Source: Malacoraja senta
Taxonomy: Eukaryota
Length of the DNA: 64,000 bases
Assembly (NCBI GenBank): GCA_038087875.1
Contig: CM075991.1
Span: forward strand, 434,001 to 498,000
Direction: 5' to 3'
Shown: positions 39,378 to 51,420 of the stretch, in pieces
How the letters are laid out: the number at the start of each line of letters is the position of its first letter
Numbering within the stretch: the stretch's first letter is position 1
Translations under genes and position numbers: made by a program
The notes under the pieces: model-generated
Told to the model about the DNA's origin: nothing
The model's database searches: none
Seen by the model: the letters and a program-made list of their open reading frames with translations, nothing else

Positions 39378-40313
39378 CTTTAAAAGAGAAACAAAATAAA
39401 ATATTGCATATGGAATTATACTGGAAAGACACTGTTGAGCAACACTTTGGAAGGAACAGAGGGAGCGTGTGTATAATGATGAAGGGACAGAACTATCAGA
39501 GCCTTTAAAATCTGTGGCAGGGCAGTGACTGAGGGATCCCCTCTCCTCTCTACTCCAATCTGGCCAACCCCCCAGGCTATCAAAAGCCAATGCCAACCCC
39601 TTTTCAGTTCAGTCAGGTGCTAGGGAGTGTGAGCAGCAAAGTACGCCAAACTTGCCCAACATGTCCTCCCATATAGAGTCATGGAGCATGGAAATAGGCC
39701 CTTTGGCCGAACCTGAGTAGAGTCCCAGCCTACTCAACCTTTCCCTATAGCTCACATCCACTAGTCCTAGCAACATCCTTGTAAATCTTCTCTGTACCCT
39801 TTCCAGCTTAACAACATCTTTCCTATAACACGGTGCCCAGAACTGAACACAATACTCTAAATGTGGCCTCACCAACGTCTTATACAACCCAGGAACCAAC
39901 CAGCTGAACCTTCTCTGCACTGCCTCCGATGCAAAATATCCTCTCTTGAGTGTCTCAACAAAACCACACAGAGCAATCCAGGTACTGCAAATTATTTAAA
40001 TGATAATTCACTATTTTATTCAACCCAAAGTGAAAGATCTCACATTTCCCCGCATTATATTCCATCTGTCAACTTCTCACCCACTCACGTAACCTGTTAC
40101 TTTGACCAATCCTGATTCCTGGACCCTGACGTCTGGTTTCCCAAAGATAGAGATTACTGCTATACACGTTCATGCTTTGAATCTTTTCTGCAACCTTTCC
40201 AGCTTAATCACACCCTTCCTATACAACCGCAAAAGGAGTTGCACTCAATATTCCTGGTGCAGTAACCCCCAACGTCCTCCACAGGTATAACAAGGTGGTT
40301 CCGATATCTGTAC

Positions 40314-40513
40314 NNNNNNNNNNNNNNNNNNNNNNNNNNNNNNNNNNNNNNNNNNNNNNNNNNNNNNNNNNNNNNNNNNNNNNNNNNNNNNNNNNNNNNN
40401 NNNNNNNNNNNNNNNNNNNNNNNNNNNNNNNNNNNNNNNNNNNNNNNNNNNNNNNNNNNNNNNNNNNNNNNNNNNNNNNNNNNNNNNNNNNNNNNNNNNN
40501 NNNNNNNNNNNNN
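40314..40513. other. Assembly gap (200 N)
   Basis: Run of N. Confidence 1.
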
Positions 40514-42039
40514 AAGTTTGTTGACAAGGACTGGTGGTGTTGTGGATCATGGGAAAGCCAGCCAAAAGGCTCAGCTGGGTATACATCCATTAGTAATGTG
40601 GAGCAATCAATGGCAGATGATGCTTAATCAGGACAAGTGTGAGGTGCTTGCACTTTGAAGGTCAAATGTAAGAGAATTCTTGGAAGTTTGGGGAGATTCA
40701 GTATGCCAACGAATACTATGTTTTACCTCTACAGGTGTACAGTAGAGATCATATTTGACAGGTTGCAACACTGCCTGGTCCATCACGGGTACTGACCTCC
40801 TCACCCTCAAAGGGATCTATAGGAGGCGCTGCTTCAAAAAGGCAGCCAGCTTCATCAGAGACCCACCAGGGCTACACTCTCATTCCTGCCATCGGGAAGA
40901 AGGTACAGGGGCCAGAAAAATGTGATCTCCAGGTTCAGGAACAGCTGCTTCCCACAACCATCAGGCTATTGAATACTGCAAACATCAACTAAATGTTGAA
41001 GTACAAACTGGGACTTTGGCTTTTGTTTATCGTGTTACAGTATATAACACGACTGTGTTTAAAGAGATGTTATGCTGTTGCAAGTAAGAATGTCATTGTT
41101 CCGTTTTCCGTTCATACCACTCTTGATTCTCTTGGAATGTAGGTTGGAGGACCCCGAGTAGCACTGAGGTGCAGGAGTACACCTCCCCTAATGTGGTACC
41201 AGTAGGGATAGGGGTGGTATAGAAGGAGTATGGTACCTTGCTTTCATCAGACTGGACATCGAGTACAAGAGTCAGGGAAGACTGACAGAAGTACATAAAA
41301 TGATGAGAGGCATGGATAGGGGAGACAGTCAGAACCTTTTCCCAGGGAGGAAATGTCAAAGACTAGAGGATGTGGGTTTAACATAATGGGGAGGGGGGGG
41401 GAAGTTTTAACGAACCTGTGTGGGGCAAGTTTTTTTTAAACACAGAGGGTAGGTGCCTGGAACGCGCTTCCAGGGGGTGGTGGAGGTGGCAGATACGATC
41501 GTGGTGATTAAGAGGCTTTAAGACAGACACAAGTACAGTAGAAAGGAACTGCAGATGCTAGTTTAAACTGAAGATAGATACAAAATGCTGGAGTAACTCA
41601 GCGGGACAGGCAGCGTCTCTGGAGAGAAGGAATGGGTGACGTTTTGGGTCAAGAAAGTAAACCTTGCAATAACGGACTCCCCCCCCCCCCCAGTACTGGG
41701 TTGTTGTTCTTCCCCCAATAACTCCCCCCCCCCCCACTCCCCCCCATCCCCCTCCCCTCCCCCACGCCTCTGATGGCAGATCAGTCGTGGAATGAGCTGT
41801 GAGGGATTCTGGGTCAGTGGTGGGATGAGCCACACCAATGGATATTGTTCAGTTGGGCCAAGTCACTGGATATCTTTAAGGTGGAGAATAATAGATCCTT
41901 CATTAGTAACGGTGTCAGGGGGTTATGGGGAGAAGGCAGGAGAATGGGGTTGAGAGAGAAACATAGATCAGCTATGATTGAATGGCGGAGTAGACCTGAT
42001 GGGACGAATGCGCTAGTTCTGCTCCTAGAACTTATGAGT

Positions 42040-42210
42040 TGTGTGGGGTGGTGGATCAGTGGTGTGGGGTGGTGGATCAGTGGTGGGATGCGTGGTGTGG
42101 GGTGGTGGATCAGTGGTGGGATGCGTGGTGTGGGGTGGTGGATCAGTGGTGGGTGCGTGGTGTGGGGTGGTGGGTCAGTGGTGGGATGCGTGGTGTGGGG
42201 TGGTGGGTCT
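42040..42210 (+). repeat. G-rich 33-bp minisatellite (ggtgtggggtggtggatcagtggtgggatgcgt), about 5 copies
   Basis: Units start near 42061, 42094, 42127, 42159 and 42192. Confidence 0.9.
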
Positions 42211-44159
42211 GCAGTGTAATGAGCTGTGTGGGATTGTGTGGCCCCTCTCTCGTGCTGATATTACAGTCAGACCCCGGCCGCTGCATTCGAGCCACTACAT
42301 GTGAGGTTCAGGTCACAGATTCCAACAGGAAACCCAGGCGTGCCATGGGATTGGCCCTGTTGACGGGGGCAGGCAGGCAGGTAGGAGAGAGTCGTTGTTG
42401 ATGCAGGGTCCACGTGGCGATTACACCACTGAGAGTGCAGAGTCTCACGGAGCAGCGTGTCCACCACTCCGAGATCACTCCTGGCTGAAGACTCGGACAT
42501 CCCTTTCCATGTCGTTTACACTGAGGACTTCATCTCCCATTCCTGTAAAATAACACGCTATGTCAGGTGTTTAAAGAAAGAACTGCAGAATTCCTCCCCC
42601 CCCCCCCCCCCCATCTCCACATCAGTCTGAAGAAGGGTCTCGACCCGAAATGTCACCTATTCCTTTGCTCCGTAGATGCTGCCTCACCCGCTGAGTTACT
42701 CCAGCATTTTTGTCTACCTTGGCTATGTCAGGTGATCACTGGGATTGGCATGACTGGGCATTTGGGCAACCCACCTGCGGGTGAGCTGATGGGCACATCC
42801 TGAAACCCTGGGAGACGCGCACCTGGTAGACGTGTATACAATTATGAGAGGCCCAGGTAGAGTTAGATTTAGCTCCTAGGTCTAACGGAATCAAGGGATA
42901 TCGGGGTACTGATTTTGGATGATCATATTGAATGGCGATGCTGGCTCAAAGGGCCGAATGGCCTACTCCTGCACCTCTGTTCTATGTTTTTATGGTAGAA
43001 AGTCAGAACCTTTCCCCCCACGATGGAAACATCAAATATTAGAGGACATAGCTTTAAGGTGAGAGGGGCAGGTAACTTCACACAGAGGTGGGGTGTGAAA
43101 ACGCTGCCAGGGGTGGTGGTGGAGGCAGATACATCAGTGGCATTTGAGAGATTTTTGGATAGGCACATTGATAAGTAAGGAATTATATGGATTATACAGA
43201 GGCAGATAATAAATGGTGTTAGCATCATGTTCAGCGTAGACATTGTGGGCCGAAAGGCCTATTTTTGTACTGTACTGTTCTGTGTTCTATATAAATATAT
43301 TGCATATTCAATATTTTCCAAATTCTGTTCCGACTTGTGAATGCCAGGCAGAGTCACTGTTTAATACATGGATAAACATAGAATATAGAACAGTACAGCA
43401 CAGGGACAGGCCCTTCGGTCCACAATGTCTGTGCTGACCATGATGTCAATGTCATCCTATCTGCCTGCATGTGGTCCATATGCCTCCATTCCCTGCCTGG
43501 GTGTGTGCCTGTGTGAATACAGGCTCATCACTGTCACTGACGTATCTGCTACCAGCGCCACTGGCAGTGAGTGTGTCCACTCCCGTGTCACAGAAACCTG
43601 CCTCAGAAATCTCCTTAGAACGATCCCTTCTCTCTGAATCATTTGCCCCTGGTATTTGACATTTCCTCCGTGGGGAAAAGACTCTGACTGCCCACCCCGT
43701 CTAAAAGGGGGGGAGGGGGGGATGTTCACTGGCACAGTTGTGAAAATGTGAACATGCGAGGGGAGGAAGCGACATTGGGCGGGATGCTGGGGTGTATGCT
43801 TTCCCCATCGACAGGGGAGAGCTCCCTCAGTCATAGCCCCCTGACAGGGAGAGGGCCCTTAGTCCTGCCCCTGACAGTACAGCGCTCCCTCAGCACCATT
43901 CCCTGACCATGCAGCCTCTCTGGGGGCAGCCGCCTCCAGCATTGCCCCTTGAACAATGCTCACGTTTGCTGATGCCATTTGACAGCCAAGCCTGTGCCTG
44001 CTGCCCTTTGCCATGCAGGCGTGTCTCACTACTGCCCTCTGGTGCCAGTAGCCCCACACTGTGGCCATAACTCCCTGTCCCCTGAGCTGAAGTGACAGCC
44101 CAGATTATGTTGTTTGACGGGTGACGATCGCACAGCCTTCTAAACAAAAGCTGGTAGAG

Positions 44160-45040
44160 AAGGTATATGGTATGCTTGCCTTTAGGCTTTAGATACAGCA
44201 TGGAAACAGGCCCTTCGGCCCACCATGTCCACGCTGACCAGCGATCCCCATACACTTGCACCCACTAGGGACAATTTACAATTATAGAAGTCAATTAACC
44301 TACAAACCTGTACATCTTTGGAGTGGAGCACCCGGAGAAAACTCACATGGTCATCAGGAGAAGGTACAAACTCCGTACAGACAGCACCTGTAGTCAGGAT
44401 TGAACCTGGGTCTCTGGCGTTGTAAGGAGCAAGTCTACGGCTGGGCCACCGTGCCTTGATCAGACAGGGCATTGAGTGCAAGAATCAGGAAGTCATGATG
44501 CAGCTTTGCTCAGGCTGCAGCTGGAGTATTGTGCGCAGATATGGTCGCCCATTACATGAAGCTTGGGAGTGGAGGCTTTGATAGGGTGCAGAGATGGTTT
44601 ATGAATGATGAATGGATTAGAGGGTATTAGATTCAGGGAGGTTGAACAAACTTGGGTTGTTTTTCTCTGCAGTGTCAACGGTTGAGGGAAGACCTTATAG
44701 AAGTATAGAAAACTGTGAGAGGCGTAGATAGGGTAGACAGTTAGAACCTTTTCCCCAGCGTGTAAATGTCAAACACTAAAGGGCATAGGTTTAAGGTGAG
44801 AGGGGCAAAGTTTAACGGAGATGAGCGGGGCAATTTTATGGTCTCACAGAGGGGGTGGATGCCTGGAATGCACTGCCAGGAGGCTGATTCAATAGTGATA
44901 TTGAAGATAGATAGGCACATGGATATGCAGGGAATGGAGGGCTATGGATCACATGTAGATGAGGCTAGTTTAAATTGGTGTCATGTTGGACATGGACCTT
45001 GTGAGCCGAAGGGCCTGTTCCTGTGCTGTCTGTTCTCTGA
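44160..45040 (+). mobile_element. Old CR1 fragment interrupted by a minus-strand V-SINE (about 44185-44455)
   Basis: Degenerate CR1 C-terminal motifs lie on both sides of the SINE. Confidence 0.75.
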
Positions 45041-45305
45041 ACAGAAGACAAAATGCTAACGAATGAGGCTTGGCTTACTCTTGTGGAGGCAAAGATCAGC
45101 TCTCAGAAGCTAATGTTTACATTCTCAAATTGATCAAAATCTCATAACAATTGGCTCGGAAGAATCCGAAAGTGGTTTGCGAGACAACTCGGAAAGCTAG
45201 ACTTCTCGGATCATTTACTGATAAAATCTCATTGATCTAAATCTTGAAGAGAAACAGAAATTCTGGAAACAATCAACGTAGGCAGCTTCAGAGGGAAGAG
45301 AAACA

Positions 45306-45585
45306 TGGGTGGCTCAGCGGTAGAGTTGTTGCCTTACAGCGCCTGGGTTCGGTCCTGACTACGGGTGCTGTCTATGGAATATGTACATTCTCCCCGTGAC
45401 CTGCGTGGGTTTTCCCCAGGAGCTCCAGTTTCCTCCCACACTCCAAAAACATACAGGTTTGTAGGTTAATTGGCTTGGTATAATTGTAAATTGTTCTGAG
45501 TGTGTAAGATAGTGTTAGTGTGTGGGATGTTGGCGGCGTAGACCTGGTGGCTGAAGGGCCTGTTTCCGTGCTGTATCTCTAAACT
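45306..45585 (+). mobile_element. HE1-like V-SINE
   Basis: Head, V-domain and tail present. Confidence 0.85.
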
Positions 45586-46345
45586 GCGCTGAGGCCTAAT
45601 GGAGCTGATGACCTCGAGGCTCCGGAGGCAGAGCCCGTCAGGACTCGCCCTGAGCTCGCTCCCGTGAGGGTGGTCCGGCTCAGGGCCTGGAACAGTGCTC
45701 CCGTGAGAGGTTGTGGACAGCGCTCTCGTGAGGGCTGGCGGGCGGCCCAGCCCAGCCCAAGGGTGGAACGAGGCTCCCGTTGGAGCGGCCGAGCTCGGGG
45801 AGGTGCGGCGCTCGCAGCCCGAGGGAGGTTCGGCGCCCAGGTCAGGGTGGCCCGGCCGGGGGGAGGTTCGGCGCCCATGTCGGGGCGGCCCGGCCGGGTG
45901 GAGAAGCGACGCCCAAGTCGGGGCAGCCCAGCCCGGGGGGGAGGTTCGGCGCCCATGTCGGAGCGGCCCGGCCGGAGGCTGAAGACGGCACGGTACTCAC
46001 GTGAGGGTGGCTGGGACGGTGTTCTGGCGGTGGTGGCCTGAGTCCGGGGTTCAGCCGCGGGCCAGCGGCTGCGTCTGCAGGACTGGTGGGCGGCAGCTTC
46101 GACCACCCCGGGCCGCGGTGTTTGAGCCATGGGAAACATCGCCCGGGGGGTATCGCCTCAGCGCAGGGGGAGAAGAGGAGGGAAGAGACTGCAGACCTAA
46201 GACTTTTGCCTCCATCACAGTGAGGAGATGTTGGGTGGACTCACTGTGGTGGATGTTAATATGTGTTTATTGTTTGTTTTTATTGTATTATATGTATGAC
46301 TGCTGCAATTTCGTCCAGACTTCGGTCTGAACGACAATAAAGGCA

Positions 46346-46379
<34 letters not shown>

Positions 46380-46385
46380 AACTAA
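45586..46385 (+). mobile_element. GC-rich non-coding retroposon-like insertion with LINE-type 3' tail and (tatc)n end
   Basis: Interrupts a SINE tail, and tctaaact is present on both sides. Ends in aatttcgtcc...gacaataaa and (tatc)n. Confidence 0.55.
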
Positions 46386-46519
46386 AGTCAATGCCTGAGG
46401 TCAGTAACCCTTTGACCGAACTGGAAGACCAGCGATGAAGTGAGTTACGTACCTTGATGTCCTTCCCATCCACCACGTCTGACCCGGACTCTGTTTCCAG
46501 CCTTTCCTCTTTTCATTTA

Positions 46520-46825
46520 GTTTTAGTTTAGAGATACAGCACGGAAACAGGCCCTTTGGCCCACAGAGTCCGCATTGACCAGCCATTCCCGCCCATTAGC
46601 ACTATCCTACACACACACTAGGATAATTTATATTTATACCAAGCCAAGTAACCGCCAAACCTGTACGTCTTTGGAGCGTGTGAGGACCTTCATATCTGTA
46701 CGTCTTTGGAGCTCCTGGGGAAAACCTTCACGGTCACAGGGAGAACGTGCAAACTCCGTACAGACAGCACCCATAGTCGGGATGGAACCCAGGTCTCTGG
46801 TGCAGTACTGCCGTGCCGCCCACCA
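46520..46825 (-). mobile_element. HE1-like V-SINE
   Basis: Reverse-complement copy. Confidence 0.83.
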
Positions 46826-48734
46826 TTGTTCTGTATACCATCACCTGGTGTTTTGTTTGCTTCTGTTTCTCTCCCCATCGATGATTCCCCACCCACTGTC
46901 TTCCCCCTGAATTTTCTCTTTGGACCGTTGTGTGCCTGTGGTAGGTTGAGTAGGTAACTCGAGGGAGAGTTTGGGTGGTGAAGCTTACCTTTGTTTTCTG
47001 AAGCACTCTGCCCCTCTCAACGCCCAGAACCGAGGGTGCCCGTCTCAGGCTGCACTTGGCAGATGCCGTGCGCCTCAGGATCGGACTCACGATCGCAACC
47101 TGTCAAAGGATCAGAAATAATCAATTCCCTCATTTCAGCTGGTTTGACTGACATTCAATGACATCTTGTACCTGAAGAATTAAAGGACGTTGCTTTAGGA
47201 AGGTAGATGAGGAGGAATTTCTTCAGTCCGAGGGTGGAATTCATTGCCACAGAAGGTTATGGAGACGGCCAATGGATATTATTAAGGTAGAGATACTGTA
47301 GACAGATTGTTGATTAGTACGGTGTCAGGGGTTATGGGGAGAAGGCAGGAGAATGGGGTTGAGATGGAGAGGTTGATCAGCCATGATTGAATGGCGGAGT
47401 AGACTTGATGGGTCGAAAGACCTAATTCTGCTCCTAGCACTTATGAACATGTAGACACAAAATACTTGAGTAACTCAGCGGGTCAGGCAGCATCTGTGGA
47501 GAAAAGTAATTGGTGACGTTTCAGATCGAGATCCTTCTTCAGGCCTAGTCTGAAACTAAACGTCACTTATTCCTTTTTCCGCTGAGACCCGCTGTGTGAC
47601 TCCAGCATTTGGTGTTTATCTGTGGTGTGAACCTGCATCTGCAGTTCCTTCCCACACAGCTTGCAGCCCAGTCGTTAGTAAAATGACACATCTCTCAGAC
47701 GGGACTTAGGGTACGTTAGAACTTTATTTATCCCAGGAGGGAAATTGATCTGCCAACAGTCATCAAAAACACAAAATACATGGATCATGAAATTAAAGTG
47801 ACGAGTGGAAAGTGTTGGTGGGGGGGGGGGGGTGAGGGTGGAGAGTCACTCAGTCTCAGTCTCAGTCTACCACATGACAGAAGGGGGAGGTGTTGTACAG
47901 TTCAGGCTCAGGCCAAGAGAATCCCCAGCGACTGGATGCTAGTTCATGATTGAAATGTTCATTGTTTACATTGCCCGAATGAGCGACCATTTCTTTCAAA
48001 ACAAGGTTCCATTTAGTAATATGATATTCAGGTCTGAAGAGCGAAAGGACTGGAGATTATTGGTGGTGTGAGAGAAAAAATAGAACGCAATTATTTAAAA
48101 AAACTGGTGAATGAGTATATAGAATTATGAGAGGCTTGGATAGTGTAAAGAATCAAACCTTTTTCCCAAGATTGAAAAATCAAAGACTAGAAGGCCTAGT
48201 TTTAAGGTGAGAGGGACAATGTTTCTTATTTTACAGTGTGGTGAGTGCCTGGAACGCACTGCCAAGGTGGCATTGAAGCAGATATGAAAAAGGCATTTAA
48301 GGATTTGTATACATTGGGTACGCAAGCAAAGAATTTCACTGTGCCTCGTCACGTGACAATAAAGTGTTCCTATTCCTAAGACTTTTGCATAAACATATGG
48401 ATATGCAGGGAATGGAAGGATATTGATCATATGCAGGTAGATAAGGAATGGCCCTGGCATCATGTACAGCACAGTCATTGTGAGCTGAAGGGCCTGTTCC
48501 TGTGCTATCATGTTCCATGCTTGATTATGGTTTCAAGTGTACCCACAGTAGTCAGAGCCAGAGGGAACGTCTCCTGTTGATATTTTGTACGTCAAGAGAT
48601 CTCCTTTCATACGTTTAAACTCGGGTGAATACAGATTTGGCCAACCCATGCTCACCTCTGCCCATTCTAGGATTCAGTCCGTCAATACGATTTTGCACTG
48701 TGGTCTTTTTCTTACAGTCCTTTCTCTTTTTACA

Positions 48735-49440
48735 GAGAAATGTGAGGTGTTGCATTTTGGGAAGTCTAACATGGGCAAGACCCACACAGTGAATGGTAGG
48801 GCTCTGGGAAATGTTGTAGAGGCAGAGGGATCAGGGAGTACAGGTGCATGGTTTCTTAAAGGTGGAGTCACAGGTAGATAAGGTAGTCAAAAAGGCTTTT
48901 GTCACATTGGCCTTCATCAGTCAGCGTATTGAGTATAGAAGTTTGGAGGTCATGTTGCAGTTGTATAAGACGTTGGTGAGACCGCATTTAGAGTATTGTG
49001 TTCAGTTCTGGGCACAATGTTATAGGAAAAATGCTGTCAAACTGGAATGGGTACAGTGAAGGTTTACGAGCATGTTGCCAGGACTAGAGGGTCTGAGCTA
49101 TCAGGAGATGTTGGGCAGGCTGGGACTATTCCCTGGAGTGCAGGAGGATGAGGGGTGATCTTAACATAGAGGTGTATAAAATCATGAGAAATAGATCGGG
49201 TGGACGCAGTTGGAGGGGAAATGATTTATTAGGAATCTGAGGGGTAATTTTTCCACACAGAGTGTGGTGGGTGTATGGAACAAGCTGCCAGAGGCTGGGA
49301 CTACCCCAGCATTTAAGAAACAATTAGACTGGTACATGGATAAGACAGGTTTGGAGGGATATGGACCAAATGCAGGCAGGTGGAACTAGTGTAGCTGGGA
49401 CATGTTGGCCAGTGTGGGCAAGTTGGGCCGAAGGGCCTTT
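48735..49440 (+). mobile_element. CR1 3' fragment
   Basis: KCEVLHFG and YKTLVRPHLEYCVQFW. Confidence 0.88.
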
Positions 49441-49941
49441 TCATTGTTTCTGTATCTGTACTTGTGGACAGATAACTTAGTTACACGGTCCAGACAACAG
49501 CCTCTCCCTCAATGTCAGCAAGTTGAAGGAGCTAGGTATGGAATTCAGGAAGCGTGATGGAGTACATGCCCCAAAGAGCAGCACTGGTGCCGAAGTGGAA
49601 ATTTCAAGTTCCTTGGCGTTAATATCACCAATTTATCTGTCGTGGATCAACAACATTGTCTCGACAGCCAAGAAGGCACATTGATGCGTCTACTCAATGA
49701 TGCCTCTACTTCCTCAGGATAAATAGGAAACCCTGCATGTCCCCAATCACTTACAAACGTCCACAGAAACCAGACTGTCGGCTTGCATCACAGCTTGGTT
49801 TGGCAACTGCAGAAGACTCGAAAAATTTGCAGAAAGTTGTGGATGTAGCCCAGTCCATCACGCAGACCAGACTTGCCACCATTGTCTCCATCTACACTTC
49901 ACCCTGCCTCGGGAAGCAGCCGACATAAGCAAAGATTATGT

Positions 49942-50248
49942 GGGCGACACGGTGGCGCAGCTGTAGTGTTGCTCCTTTACAGCGCCAGAGACCCGGGTTC
50001 AATCCTGGCTACGGGTGCTTGTCAGTCCGCAGTTTGTACGTTCTCCCCGTGACCTGCATGGGTTTTCTCCAAGAACTTCAGTTTCCTCCCACACTCCAAA
50101 GGTGTACAGGTTTGTAGGTTATTTGGTTTGGTATAGTGTAAAAATTGTCCCTAGTGTGTGTAGGATAGTGTTAGTGTGTGGGGTTGGTTGGTGTGGACTC
50201 CATGAGCCGAAGGGCCTGTTTCCACGCTGTATCTCAAAATTAAACTAA
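49942..50248 (+). mobile_element. HE1-like V-SINE nested in a Rex/Babar-like fragment
   Basis: Head, V-domain and tail present; the host LINE continues on both sides. Confidence 0.85.
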
Positions 50249-50785
50249 AAAAAGACGTCCCACTCCCGGTCATTCCGTCTTCCCCCCGCTCCCAACCAGC
50301 AGAAGATACAGAAGCTTGAAAGCGTGCACCACCAGACTCAGGAACAGCTTCTTCCTCCCTGTTATCAGTCTTCTGAGCGGTCCTTCCATAAGCTGTCCGA
50401 TTCACCTCTACCCCATTGCGGACATTGGACTTTGTCTGTGGAACTGGTGTGCTACAATGCTGAGAACTAGATTCTACACTCTGTATCTTCCCCTTTGCTC
50501 TACATATTGTACTGGACTTTATGTTTATATATATTATCTGATCAGATTGGATAGCATGCAGAATGAAACTTCACTGTACCGTGACTATAATAATCTCAAA
50601 CCTAAACCACATGACAATAAACTCCACTCGAACAGGAACTTTAGTTGCATTTCCTGTCTGCAAAACACATCCAACACTCTAGGGTGTCCTGGCCAAGGTC
50701 ATGTTTAAATGCAGTTTGATGACGCTTGTGTGCCGCTCTGATTGTTGTTAACGGCAGACAGGCCCGGAGGGGCTGAAGACCAGCA

Positions 50786-51420
50786 TCATGGACAGTGTCC
50801 AGCTGAACACACCCAGCACCGTGGACAGTGTCTGGCTGAAACCACCCAGCACCATGGACAGCATCTGGCAGCTGGAAAACACCCAGCATTGTGGACAGGG
50901 TCCAGCTGAAACCACCCAGCACCATGGACAGGGTCTGGTAGCTGGAAAACACCCAGCATTGTGGACAGGGTCCAGCTGAAACCACCCAGCACCATGGACA
51001 GCATCTGGCAGCTGGAAAACACCCAGCATTGTGGACAGGGTCCAGCTGAAACCACCCAGCACCATGGACAGGGTCTGGCAGCTGGAAAACACCCAGCATT
51101 GTGGACAGGGTCCAGCTGAAACCACCCAGCACCATGGACAGCATCTGGCAGCTGGAAAACACCCAGCATTGTGGACAGGGTCCAGCTGAAACCACCCAGC
51201 ACCATGGACAGCATCTGGCAGCTGGAAACCACCCAGCACCATGGACAGGGTCCAGCTGAAACCACCCAGCACCATGGACAGGGTCGAGCTGAACACACCC
51301 AACATTGTGGACAGCGTTGAGCTGAAAACACCCAGCCCCATGGACAGCGTCTGGCTACCAGTAAACTCCCAACACCATGGACAGCGTCCAGCTGAAACCA
51401 CCCAGCACCGTGGACAGCGC
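50786..51420. repeat. Compound minisatellite; 33- and 37-bp subunits form a 70-bp unit
   Basis: tccagctgaa recurs at 50901, 50971, 51041, 51111 and 51181. Confidence 0.95.

Noticed and set aside
41845..42401. Gly/Trp/Val-rich ORFs
   Set aside because: A CR1 tail plus the 33-bp minisatellite.
45579..46139. 186-aa and 125-aa Arg/Pro/Gly-rich ORFs
   Set aside because: Expected from very high GC content; no recognisable domain; they lie in a probable retroposon.
50786..51420. CRISPR-like regular repeat spacing
   Set aside because: The intervening sequences are themselves repeats, there are no unique spacers or cas genes, and the context is eukaryotic.
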